From assembly GCA_963972485.1 (NCBI GenBank), contig CAXAWH010000007.1, positions 7,978 to 71,977 of the forward strand: 64,000 nt of DNA, given 5' to 3'. Source of the DNA: an uncultured Planctomycetaceae bacterium. Its GTDB lineage: Bacteria > Planctomycetota > Planctomycetia > Planctomycetales > Planctomycetaceae. Shown here piece by piece: positions 10,551 to 19,681 of the stretch. The translations under genes were made by a program, and so were the position numbers. Under the pieces are notes generated by a model. The model was not told the origin of the DNA. It ran no database searches and saw only the letters and a program-made list of their open reading frames with translations. Every line of letters starts with the position of its first letter. Position 1 is the first letter of the stretch.

Positions 10551-10756
10551 GGGAACGGTTTCTCCCTGGAAATCTATTAATAATTCATTGGATATTCTTG
10601 TGAATAGTAGAAGAATAGTCGTTCCCGGGGCGATGTCGAGTCTGTATCGGAAATAGGAATCGTGGATTGCCCCTCAACTACTTGCAAACATCACTTTTCC
10701 GGTACATACTGACAGTTCAATCGCACTCTTGATGAACCTTACAGAAAGTAACTCCC

Positions 10757-10981
10757 GTGATTCGAATTTGTCTGACACTCGTTGTGCTGTATGGTTGTGT
10801 ATCGTCTGCGCGAGCCGATAAAACAGCCGCTGTCTATGCCACCTTCCTGCCGAATGATGCCAACTCTGTTTCGGTGGTGCATATGGATAGAATTCTGAGT
10901 TCACAACTGGCCAACAAAGAGGACTGGACCGACAAACAGAATCAGCTCTTTTCTGAGGGACATATCGGTTTGCCCCCCTGA
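10757..10981 (+). CDS. Signal-peptide-bearing fragment, probably the N-terminal part of the downstream ORF interrupted by an in-frame TGA
   Basis: GTG start. Signal peptide MIRICLTLVVLYGCVSSARA. It ends at TGA 10979-10981, in the same frame as ORF 10994..12235 with only 4 sense codons between them. Confidence 0.35.
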   Translation: MIRICLTLVVLYGCVSSARADKTAAVYATFLPNDANSVSVVHMDRILSSQLANKEDWTDKQNQLFSEGHIGLPP

Positions 10982-10993
10982 TTAAAAACATTT

Positions 10994-12235
10994 GTGCTTG
11001 CCTCGCTTGTCCATCCTGCTGTTCCGGAAGAAGTCTGGGCAGCCGCGATCATGGATATTCCCGAGGACATGACGATTCAGCAGGTTGCCAGTAAGACCAA
11101 TGCCGCAATGATTACACTGGCCGATAAACCAGCCTTCCAGACATCCACAGGAGCCTATGTCGTCGAATTGCCGGATCATAAGCTGGCAGGATATCGCCCC
11201 GGTCACCGACAGGATGCAGCTGCCTGGATTCGCAGTCTGGGATCGGGCACGAACTCATTGAGTCCCTATTTGATGAAAGCGGCAGCTTCAGAAGAGCATG
11301 TGGTGATGAGTATCGAGTTGATCGATATGTTTGATGTCGATTTTCTGAAAACGCATTTGGAGCAGGATAAGCGTTTCGCTTCTCAACAGGGGTTGATTCC
11401 ACGACTGCTGCCTCTTCTCTCGAGCTTGCAGGGTGTGACACTGAAAATTTCGATCACCGATCAGATCAATAGTGAGGTGACAATCGATTTCGGTGACGAA
11501 GTCGGCCCCTCAGCTGCGATTGTCAAAACCTTATTCATTACGGCTTTGGATGATACCGGCGCGAGTATTGAAGAGTTCAGTAAAGCAACCATTACGCCTG
11601 CGGGAAATTCTGTCACATTAACCTGTTCACTTTCGGATCAAAGTCTGCAGCGAATACTTTCATTGATTGTTCCTCCACGTGTTCCCGAGCAAAAACTGTT
11701 CGCCAGTTCGGAAACTCCGGAACAGACAGCCGAGGAGTCAGCCGCCAAACAAAAAGAAGATGAGCAGAAGGCAACGCAGCGGTATGTGAGTGCCGTTTCA
11801 GGCATGGTTGAGGATTTACAGAGAGCGAGTGCGAATCTCGATAACTACACCAAAACAATCGCCTGGCACGAAACCTATGCCAAAAAGATCGAGCAACTGT
11901 CCACGAGAAATGTCCCTAAGGAAGTTGTCGATATGGGACTGGACATCGCAGCCAAATTTCGAACCTTGACACGTTCTTTACGGGGACAACAGGTTCAAAT
12001 TGGAGCTGAAAATAAATCGGTTGTCTACGATTACAAAGTGAACCCCGGCTATATCAATGCGAATATCTGGGGAGGAGTTGGGTATGGACAGCCAACAGTC
12101 AACTGGACCAGCAATTTGCAGGAAGTACGAGAAAAACAGGCCGCTGCGGTGATCGCAGGTCAATCCAGTCGCGATAAAATCTGGGCTGAGATTGATGACA
12201 GTCTCACAAAGATGAAAAAGATTGCGATCCAGTAA
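10994..12235 (+). CDS. Hypothetical protein (body of a possibly split secreted protein)
   Basis: 413-aa ORF with normal composition and no recognisable domain. It has no signal peptide of its own and is followed by a terminator. Confidence 0.6.
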   Translation: MLASLVHPAVPEEVWAAAIMDIPEDMTIQQVASKTNAAMITLADKPAFQTSTGAYVVELPDHKLAGYRPGHRQDAAAWIRSLGSGTNSLSPYLMKAAASEEHVVMSIELIDMFDVDFLKTHLEQDKRFASQQGLIPRLLPLLSSLQGVTLKISITDQINSEVTIDFGDEVGPSAAIVKTLFITALDDTGASIEEFSKATITPAGNSVTLTCSLSDQSLQRILSLIVPPRVPEQKLFASSETPEQTAEESAAKQKEDEQKATQRYVSAVSGMVEDLQRASANLDNYTKTIAWHETYAKKIEQLSTRNVPKEVVDMGLDIAAKFRTLTRSLRGQQVQIGAENKSVVYDYKVNPGYINANIWGGVGYGQPTVNWTSNLQEVREKQAAAVIAGQSSRDKIWAEIDDSLTKMKKIAIQ

Positions 12236-12267
12236 TCATCTCGCGAAATACATCAGTGCCAGGAATA

Positions 12268-12301
12268 CAAACTCCTTGTCGTTTTCGGCAGGGAGTTTTT
12301 T
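12268..12301 (+). terminator. Rho-independent terminator
   Basis: Stem CAAACTCCTTG / CAGGGAGTTTT with one G-U pair, followed by a T-run. Confidence 0.7.
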
Positions 12302-12431
12302 AATTCCGACAAAACGCAATGATATCTAATTCCATCACCGTAAATATTATCATTATCCGTGAACCTTCAAACTCAGTATTGCGTTGATGTGATGCTTATC
12401 ATTCGACATTGTCCTTAGAAACTGACCGCTC

Positions 12432-13214
12432 ATGATTGAACTTGAACATGTCTGGCAACATTACGGAGTCCGTCCGGTCTTAAAGGATGTCTCTGTCACG
12501 ATCAATCCAGGCGAACTCGTCGCAATTCTTGGCCCGAATGGTATGGGGAAATCGACCTTGATGGGCGTGATCGCCGGGACAATTTCTCCGCTCAAAGGTA
12601 CTGTCAGGATTGAAGGAAACCGACGACGAGGTTCGGTGGATGAGGAACTCGAAATTCGTAGTCGTGTCATCTATGTACCCGATCATCCCTGGTTACCGAT
12701 CAAGCGGACAGGTCGTGAATTTGCTCTCAGCGTCGCCCGCTTATACGATGTCGACGATGAGCGACTGATGATGCATCTCGATAAATTGTTGAAGTTATTC
12801 GATCTGGATGAACAGGCAAACTGGACCATCGAGAGTTATTCGAACGGTCAAAAACACAAGATCGCATTGATCGCCGCATTGCTTTCCGATGCACCGATTT
12901 TACTGCTTGATGAAGCATTTTCTGGTGGTCTGGATCCCGCGGGTATTCATACGCTCAAGAAGATCCTCCGGCATCGTGTTCAGGTGCAGGGAGCAACGGT
13001 TGTCATTACAACGCCTGTTGCAGAACTGGTGGAAGAAGTGGCAGATCGAATTCTGATTCTGCATGGAGGAGAAGTCGTCGCTTACGATTCTCTGGTCGGT
13101 TTACGAAAACTGGCCAATTGTCACGGCAGTCTGAACGACGTGCTGCAGAACTTGACGCATCCGGAATCGCTGTCCCGTTTGGAAGACTATCTGCGAGAGG
13201 AACTTAAACCATGA
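12432..13214 (+). CDS. ABC transporter ATP-binding protein with atypical signature and H-loop
   Basis: Walker A GPNGMGKST and Walker B ILLLDEAFSGGLD. Signature is YSNGQ instead of LSGGQ. The H-loop position reads TTP rather than SH. Confidence 0.8.
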   Translation: MIELEHVWQHYGVRPVLKDVSVTINPGELVAILGPNGMGKSTLMGVIAGTISPLKGTVRIEGNRRRGSVDEELEIRSRVIYVPDHPWLPIKRTGREFALSVARLYDVDDERLMMHLDKLLKLFDLDEQANWTIESYSNGQKHKIALIAALLSDAPILLLDEAFSGGLDPAGIHTLKKILRHRVQVQGATVVITTPVAELVEEVADRILILHGGEVVAYDSLVGLRKLANCHGSLNDVLQNLTHPESLSRLEDYLREELKP

Positions 13215-14443
13215 TGCGCTGGTGGCGGGCGGTATTACCTTCAACACAGTATGTTGTGCTATTCCTATTGGCCTTACTCTCTTTAGAAGCCTTTGCGATT
13301 TATGATCAATTCATGAATAACTGGCGGAATCCGGTTGTCGAAATTCATTATGCACGCGATGTCTTATTAGTCATTTGTGCTTTCGGTTACGGGATCTATC
13401 GCGCATCTGCATTCAATCCGTTTTTAAGGATCGAATATCGAGACTGGTTAATGACAACCCCGTGGCGATATGGCAAACCCTTGCCGCTCGGTCCCTTGCG
13501 ATTGATTCCCCAGGATGTCCTGATCGTCCTCTTTTTGATGATTTTGGGATTGTATCGACCGCCTGAACTGCAGTTTATCTTACGGATCCCATTCGCATTC
13601 CTGTTTGCATACACACTTAGCTCGATCCTTTCTTTTGTGATCGCAAGACACTGGTTTATCATGTATGTCTTGGCATTCGGATTAACCGTGACTCCCCTGC
13701 TCTTGTTCCTGCCGTTTGGCTATGCGGAAATGGCGATCATTTTACTGTATGTGGTCGTCTGGTTGGGTTATCGAAAAATACTGATCGATCTTCCAGTTCA
13801 GGCGGAGACCTTTACTACCAATTTCAATTACAGCTTTATTATGGATGCGGAAACCGAAGCCCGTTACACCAATAAGCTCGGCACGCCATTCGATCAGCTT
13901 CGTCCCGATTTACCTCCCTGGCAATTGCCACGTTGGCATGGCGTGATGTTCAGTCTGTTGATAGGCACTGTTTGCTATATCGCATTGAGTATGCTTGAAC
14001 TGGGATCCGGAAAACCAGGTTTTATGGAAGATGTCGCGTTCACTAATTTTCCAATGATGTGCATGATGATCTTCGTCGCATTTGGAGTGTATCTGGTCAC
14101 GATGACGCGCAACCATTTTCCGCCTTTAAGTTTATTGGGACGACTCCGGACAGGCAGACTGCTCATTCCCAGTTACGACCGCGTCTACAGTCCTGCACTG
14201 GGGATTATCACTGTGATTTCATTTGTCTCTGGACAATGGTGGAACCGAGCGCCTTATTTTGCAATCACTTCGATAGCTGGTTTGGCCCTCTGCATTATGT
14301 GCCTCCTGGTCTTCTCGCCCAATCTAGCCGAGTGGCAATTGTCCAGTTCCTGTCGCATTGGCATGGGAGCTGTGGGGAAGCAATCTGCATTTCAGGCACA
14401 GCAACAAAAGAAAAATGACCAGCAACTGGCTTCATCGGGGTAA
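13211..14443 (+). CDS. Polytopic membrane protein (hypothetical; putative partner of the ABC ATPase)
   Basis: 410 aa with about 9-10 hydrophobic helices. ATGA start/stop overlap with the ATPase gene suggests translational coupling. No recognisable permease family motif. Confidence 0.6.
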   Translation: MMRWWRAVLPSTQYVVLFLLALLSLEAFAIYDQFMNNWRNPVVEIHYARDVLLVICAFGYGIYRASAFNPFLRIEYRDWLMTTPWRYGKPLPLGPLRLIPQDVLIVLFLMILGLYRPPELQFILRIPFAFLFAYTLSSILSFVIARHWFIMYVLAFGLTVTPLLLFLPFGYAEMAIILLYVVVWLGYRKILIDLPVQAETFTTNFNYSFIMDAETEARYTNKLGTPFDQLRPDLPPWQLPRWHGVMFSLLIGTVCYIALSMLELGSGKPGFMEDVAFTNFPMMCMMIFVAFGVYLVTMTRNHFPPLSLLGRLRTGRLLIPSYDRVYSPALGIITVISFVSGQWWNRAPYFAITSIAGLALCIMCLLVFSPNLAEWQLSSSCRIGMGAVGKQSAFQAQQQKKNDQQLASSG

Positions 14444-14638
14444 GCATCCGTATTTAAAGCAGCCCAACGACATATCACAAAATCGAAAAGGAACCGCAGA
14501 ATATCTTGGTTCCGTAATCGCGACGAGGCAGATTTCGATAAAATTCATCAGTGTAGTTTGATGGATATTCCCATTTCCACTCGTGGATTGATACAATTCC
14601 GATAAGCAAAAGACATCCAGTATCTCAGGAGATATTCC

Positions 14639-15946
14639 ATGAAAAAAACAGTGAGTGATTCCCGACGTCAATTTCTGATCAGCTCCACTGCTGCAACTGC
14701 AGCCGCTTCGATGGCAACAATGGTGCCTGCCAATGCGCTTGGGTTGGACGCAAATTCTACACCCGGCGAGATGATCAACCTCGGTGTGATCGGAATTGGC
14801 CCTCGCTGTACTTATGATTTGACGGCTATGTTGAAATTCAAAGATGTCCGGTGTGTCGCGATTGCCGACGTACAGGAGAGTCGTCGCGACAAAGGCAAAG
14901 AACTCGTTGACAGCACCTATGGGAATAGTGAATGCAAACTCTATCGCGATTTTCGTGAGTTGTTGGATCGGCCAGATATTGATGCGGTTCTGGTCGCGAC
15001 AGGGGATCGCTGGCACGCGGCTGCTTCGATGCTGGCTGCTCAGGCTGGCAAAGATGTTTACAGCGAAAAGCCTTGCGGCATCACGATTGCAGATTGTCAA
15101 AAACTGGCTGATACGATGCATAATGAAAAGCGTGTCTTCCAGGCGGGTACGCAACGTCGCAGTGTGCCTAACTTTCAGCAGGCTGTAGAATTTGCGCACA
15201 ACGGAAAGCTGGGGAAAATCCACACACTGCACGCTTCGATTTATCAACCAGTTCTCGATAACACCTGGTTGCCAGCTGAACCGTTGCCTCCACAGGAAGT
15301 GGTCGACTGGAATCTCTGGCTCGGGCCAGCTGCCTGGCGGCCGTACAATCAGAAGTATGTTCAAGGTCGCTGGCGCGGACAGTGGGATTTCGATTCGGGT
15401 GCCCGCCTGCTCGATTGGGGAGCCCATACCGTCGATTTATGTCAATGGGCCAATCAGGCCGATGGCACGATGCCGATTGAATATGAGCCTACGGATAAGA
15501 ATATTGTCTGCACCTATGAAAATGGTGTCAAACTGATTATCGACTTCCTGCCCGATCCATTCGGCGATCGTTCTCCCGATTACATCACACGTCTGGGAAC
15601 CTGCCCGGTGCGTTTCATCGGCGATAAAGGCTGGGTCGAAACCGGTGATGAAGGTGAGATTGTCGCCTCCTCAGAAGAACTCCAAAAGCAATTGCCCGAT
15701 TCCAGCAAACGTGTCCGTGGACTGGATGTCGGTGCTCATGCTCGAAACTTCTTCGACTGCATGCGTTCTCGCAAAATGACAGCCGCCAATCAGGATGTGA
15801 TGCGTCGATCTCACATCGCCTGCCATGCTGCTGCGATTGCCTGGATCCTCAACCGAAAGTTGAAGCTTGATCCCGTCAAAGAAGAATTTGTAAATGACGA
15901 GGCAGCGAACCGCTTACGTTCTCGCCCTTCGCGTGAATGGGCTTAA
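14639..15946 (+). CDS. Gfo/Idh/MocA family oxidoreductase with Tat signal
   Basis: Twin-arginine signal SRRQFLISSTAATAAA. Rossmann motif INLGVIGIGPR. Typical length for the family. Confidence 0.85.
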   Translation: MKKTVSDSRRQFLISSTAATAAASMATMVPANALGLDANSTPGEMINLGVIGIGPRCTYDLTAMLKFKDVRCVAIADVQESRRDKGKELVDSTYGNSECKLYRDFRELLDRPDIDAVLVATGDRWHAAASMLAAQAGKDVYSEKPCGITIADCQKLADTMHNEKRVFQAGTQRRSVPNFQQAVEFAHNGKLGKIHTLHASIYQPVLDNTWLPAEPLPPQEVVDWNLWLGPAAWRPYNQKYVQGRWRGQWDFDSGARLLDWGAHTVDLCQWANQADGTMPIEYEPTDKNIVCTYENGVKLIIDFLPDPFGDRSPDYITRLGTCPVRFIGDKGWVETGDEGEIVASSEELQKQLPDSSKRVRGLDVGAHARNFFDCMRSRKMTAANQDVMRRSHIACHAAAIAWILNRKLKLDPVKEEFVNDEAANRLRSRPSREWA

Positions 15947-15973
15947 TAGACTCATTGATTTGATTCGAAAAAT

Positions 15974-16005
15974 GCTCATTCGTTTCATGACGAGTGAGCG
16001 TTTTT
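15974..16005 (+). terminator. Rho-independent terminator in a convergent gene gap
   Basis: Stem GCTCATTCGT / ACGAGTGAGC with one wobble pair and loop TTCATG, followed by GTTTTT. Confidence 0.65.
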
Positions 16006-16020
16006 CTTCTGATGCCATCG

Positions 16021-16698
16021 TTATTCGGTTGCCGCTGAATCAGGTTCTGAAGGTGCATTCTCGTTGTTCGTTTTTTGGGTCGTCGCATCGAAGATAGTTT
16101 GCTTAATCACCTTCCCCTGACGGACAAAGGAAATTCCCTGCTGACTGCTTGTGTCAATCATCACGGTTTCAATGATCGGGGCTGAAACAGGTTCATCTGC
16201 GTGCCATTCGACAATGAAGTTGGCTCCGCTTCCTCCGGTCGCATCTTTGCGTTCCACCAGAAATTCTGTCGTGGCTAATGGTCTCAGTTTTTGTGGCCGT
16301 TCCATGTGGGACTTCACCATTTTGCCGGTTGTGTCGTAATACTTAACGGATGTCACAACGATATCATTTTCCAGATCTGTATTTCTAATGCTCAGTGTGT
16401 TGGTCAGCAATTGAGGTTTGCCATCCCCATGGTATACGTGTGAATAAGCGGGGACGTATACAGTTTGCCCTTCGATGGGGTAGTAGAGTTCCATGTTGAC
16501 CAGGCGGGACTCAAGCAATTCTGATGTTGGCATCGGCGGACGATACTGCATCGTATTTTCGAAAGAATCGAGTCGTGAATCGAGATAGATCGCATAGATC
16601 ATCAGCGGAACAGTCAGAAGTGCTCCGCAGACAAACAGGATCAATTTAAACCGACGCATAAAGGCATCGGCTTCATCTTCAATTGTTTTAGCCATCAT
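16021..16698 (-). CDS. DUF3124-like membrane-anchored protein
   Basis: N-terminal TM helix. The motif VYVPAYSHVY and the beta-rich domain resemble DUF3124 as I remember it. Confidence 0.5.
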   Translation of the reverse strand: MMAKTIEDEADAFMRRFKLILFVCGALLTVPLMIYAIYLDSRLDSFENTMQYRPPMPTSELLESRLVNMELYYPIEGQTVYVPAYSHVYHGDGKPQLLTNTLSIRNTDLENDIVVTSVKYYDTTGKMVKSHMERPQKLRPLATTEFLVERKDATGGSGANFIVEWHADEPVSAPIIETVMIDTSSQQGISFVRQGKVIKQTIFDATTQKTNNENAPSEPDSAATE

Positions 16699-17032
16699 TT
16701 TTATCCTGTGAAATCGCAGTGCAGCATGCGATTGAATTTCGATATTTCCTCAATTTAAGCACTAAGAATAATCATAACAATTCGCATTCAAGCACACCAG
16801 AATACTTATTCACCTGAGCAAATCATCTGAGTTATGCGAACTCGTCATCTTCAATCGGTGTCTTTCAGATTAAGTGTTTTCTGAATTACTAAACTACAAA
16901 ATGACCACGTGACTGAAAAATCTCAAAAATTTTTCAGAAAAATAAAAATGTCCATTTTTCTCAATCATTTTCTCTCAATCTCACGTAAAATTAATAGTGA
17001 TTCGAAGTTCTGGTTTACCTGAAAGGAACGCT

Positions 17033-17386
17033 ATGAAGATCGATTGCGTAATCGACTGTGACTTACCTGGCTTAGTTCGTGAGTCTGCCGAGCAGCGTGC
17101 TCAAACACGTCTGGGACGTTTTGAAGAAGTGATTGAGGATGTCAAAATTGCATTCAAAGATCACAACGGTCCCAAAAAAGGCGTCGATACTGAGTGCATT
17201 GTTGAAGTGCATCTGCATGATCATCCTGATGTGATCATTCATGAAACTTCCGATAAAGTGGGCAAGGCTTTGTATCAAGGTTTGATTCGCGCGGCTCATG
17301 CGGTCGCCCGGACAGTCGATGTCAAACAGAATCGACGAAAGTATCAGGAAGGCCGTCAGGCTAAACTGGAAGTTGCTGAAGTTTAA
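17033..17386 (+). CDS. HPF/RaiA family ribosome-associated protein (short form)
   Basis: ATG at 17033 follows a GAAAGGAA RBS. The pattern RLGRFEE...V...KDHNGPKKGVDTECIVEVHL matches the short HPF/RaiA-like family. Confidence 0.55.
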   Translation: MKIDCVIDCDLPGLVRESAEQRAQTRLGRFEEVIEDVKIAFKDHNGPKKGVDTECIVEVHLHDHPDVIIHETSDKVGKALYQGLIRAAHAVARTVDVKQNRRKYQEGRQAKLEVAEV

Positions 17387-17444
17387 CCGATTTTCTACTA
17401 CCGATGTCACTCGAGTTGACTGCATGTCAATGAACTCGTAATCA

Positions 17445-17500
17445 ATCCCAGAACCAGTCATTTTACTTTTAAAGTAAGAGGCTGGCTTCTGGGATTTTCT
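17445..17500 (+). terminator. Rho-independent terminator (long bulged stem)
   Basis: ATCCCAGAACCAG pairs with CTGGCTTCTGGGAT. There is an inner hairpin TTACTTT/AAAGTAA, and a TTTT run follows. Confidence 0.6.
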
Positions 17501-17606
17501 TATTGCTTTACTCGATCGCTTGATGGATTTATCAGTTCCCGCCTATGCTGTGGTGAGTTGCCGTAGAACTGAGTTACTAACCACACCTTCTATCGAGATT
17601 TTCATT

Positions 17607-18725
17607 ATGATCAAATTTCTTCCCTGCCTAACACTGCTCATTCATTGGATGATGACCAATTCTGTTTGTGTGAATGCTGAGGAAGTCCAGATTCCTCCAG
17701 TTACTCAACCTGGCCAGGAGGCTTATCTGAATAGCGAATTGATTTACCCACTGGAAGGTCGACAGACACCACAGTGTCACGCATCAACAATCGCCGAAAC
17801 TTCAAACGGTATAGTTGCGGCCTGGTTTGGTGGAGAGCATGAAAAGAACCCTGATGTTGGAATTTGGGTTTCTCGTAACGATGGTCGAGGGTGGTCCACT
17901 CCGGTTGAAGTAGTCGATGGTTCTGAAGGAGAAGAGCAGGAATACGCCTGCTGGAATCCTGTATTGTTTCAGCCTGCTGATGGGCCATTGATGTTGTTCT
18001 ATAAAGTCGGTCTGGATCCTCGCCAATGGTGGGGGATGTTGATGACGTCCAGCGATGCAGGTCGCACCTGGACGAAGCCTCGTCGTTTAGGGACAAATTC
18101 AGCTTTGCCGGAGGAGAATCAGAATTTACTGGGTCCGGTTAAGAACAAGCCAATTCAACTCGCCAATGGCGATATTCTTTGCCCTTCCAGTACAGAGAAC
18201 GAAGGTTGGAAGGTGCATTTTGAATTGACGAAGGATCTGGGAAAGACCTGGGAAGTGATTGGTCCTATTCACGATGCGTCAAAATATAATGCCATCCAGC
18301 CTAGCATTTTGACATATCCTGAACATCGTATGCAGGTTTTGTGCAGGAGTCAGGAAGGAATGATTGTCCAGAGTTGGTCAGAAGATGATGGCAAAACGTG
18401 GGGACCTGTGACAGCAACCGAACTTCCGAATCCTAATTCGGGAACCGATGCCGTCACCTTGGCCGACGGGCGACAACTTCTGGTTTATAACCACACTCAA
18501 AAACGTGGTGATTTTCCAGCAGGCCGCACCATGCTAAATGTAGCGACCTCGCAAGATGGAATAACCTGGACTCCTATGATGACATTGGAGAAAGACCGTG
18601 GAGAATTTTCTTACCCCGCAGTCATTCAAACGCGAGATGGCCTTGTGCATATCACATATACGTGGATGCGACAGAGCGTTAAACATGTCGTGCTGGATCC
18701 TGCAAAAATTAATCAGCAAGATTAG
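17607..18725 (+). CDS. BNR/Asp-box repeat exo-alpha-sialidase-like glycoside hydrolase
   Basis: Signal peptide from MIKFLPCLTLL. Asp-box SxDxGxTW repeats SSDAGRTW, TKDLGKTW, SEDDGKTW and SQDGITW. Confidence 0.8.
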   Translation: MIKFLPCLTLLIHWMMTNSVCVNAEEVQIPPVTQPGQEAYLNSELIYPLEGRQTPQCHASTIAETSNGIVAAWFGGEHEKNPDVGIWVSRNDGRGWSTPVEVVDGSEGEEQEYACWNPVLFQPADGPLMLFYKVGLDPRQWWGMLMTSSDAGRTWTKPRRLGTNSALPEENQNLLGPVKNKPIQLANGDILCPSSTENEGWKVHFELTKDLGKTWEVIGPIHDASKYNAIQPSILTYPEHRMQVLCRSQEGMIVQSWSEDDGKTWGPVTATELPNPNSGTDAVTLADGRQLLVYNHTQKRGDFPAGRTMLNVATSQDGITWTPMMTLEKDRGEFSYPAVIQTRDGLVHITYTWMRQSVKHVVLDPAKINQQD

Positions 18726-18735
18726 CGCTCATGAA

Positions 18736-19527
18736 TTACACTCCCTGGCTTTTAATAATTGGCGAGGGACTATCTTTATTGTTTCTAAGCGGGACGAGCT
18801 GATTGATTGTCGCGGTCGCTTCTGCAAGTGTCATAATTCGAGCGTAACGATCACGTAATGTCGCCAACGAAGCTTCCTGCAGTTCTGGAGTGACGGTTGC
18901 ACAACAGTCATCAACCAGGGTGACAAGATATCCCAGATCGCAGGCATCCCGGACAGTCGTTTCTACACATTCATTCGTATAAACACCAACGATGAACAGC
19001 GATTCAATTCCCATGTTCTTGAGCACATAGTGCAGATTCGTTGAGGAAAAAACGCCGCTGGCCGTTTTATTGATCACGATTTCATCACGAAATTCATCCG
19101 GGGCAACTGCTTCAATGAAATCGGCATCGCGCGATCCCGGAGGGGCAAGCAGATTCAGTCGTTTATGTCCTTTACTGCGGTCACGTCCATTTCGAGTCAG
19201 CGATTGGATGCGTGTGTGAATCACTTCCAGATTATGCGCTCGAAACGACTCCTGGAGTTTGTGCACATTCGGCAGAACCATTGATGAAAGTCGTTCAAAG
19301 TAATAAGCGTATTCTTCAGAGGGGATACCAGCCTTTGCTGCATCTCGGAAAACACCGTGATCTGGAGCCGCATCGAGATATTGCAAGTCGATGCACAAGA
19401 GAGCCGTATGTCTGTTAACGAGAAAATCACTATGAGCCGGGTTATCGATGAACGATTCGTGATAGACGTCTCTGAGGGGATCGATATGCTCGGGGAGATT
19501 GTTTTCGAGAGGATTTCCGTCAGTCAT
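18736..19527 (-). CDS. Isochorismatase-family cysteine hydrolase
   Basis: Motifs ALLCIDLQ and IVGVYTNECVETTVRDA (catalytic Cys). Start taken at MTDGNPL (19527); the upstream 37 codons of the ORF look non-coding. Confidence 0.8.
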   Translation of the reverse strand: MTDGNPLENNLPEHIDPLRDVYHESFIDNPAHSDFLVNRHTALLCIDLQYLDAAPDHGVFRDAAKAGIPSEEYAYYFERLSSMVLPNVHKLQESFRAHNLEVIHTRIQSLTRNGRDRSKGHKRLNLLAPPGSRDADFIEAVAPDEFRDEIVINKTASGVFSSTNLHYVLKNMGIESLFIVGVYTNECVETTVRDACDLGYLVTLVDDCCATVTPELQEASLATLRDRYARIMTLAEATATINQLVPLRNNKDSPSPIIKSQGV

Positions 19528-19662
19528 AGTACTATTTTCATTCCGGCGGAATTGCCGAGAGTTTGAGCACAGCTCTATAGCATATTCAAAAATAAACGGC
19601 AGCGTAAGGCAGAAGCAAACCCGATGTTTTACGGTCATTTGATGCTCATGCGACTGCAGAAA

Positions 19663-19681
19663 CCATTTGAAAATGGTCTAA
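19663..19681. repeat. 19-nt motif CCATTTGAAAATGGTCTAA (dyad CCATTT-N2-AAATGG), copy 1 of 2
   Basis: Identical 19-mer recurs at 63662-63680. It overlaps the stop codon of the M20 amidase gene and lies about 140 nt upstream of the isochorismatase-like start. Confidence 0.6.

Noticed and set aside
10979-10981. Selenocysteine recoding of the in-frame TGA
   Set aside because: I found no convincing SECIS-like stem-loop in the 50 nt downstream, and no Sec machinery is visible in the window. It is reported only as an interrupted gene.
14432-15427. 331-aa minus-strand ORF
   Set aside because: It is entirely antisense to the well-supported Gfo/Idh/MocA oxidoreductase gene. Its composition is Arg/Ser/Cys-rich and atypical, and it has no motifs. 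It is a shadow ORF.
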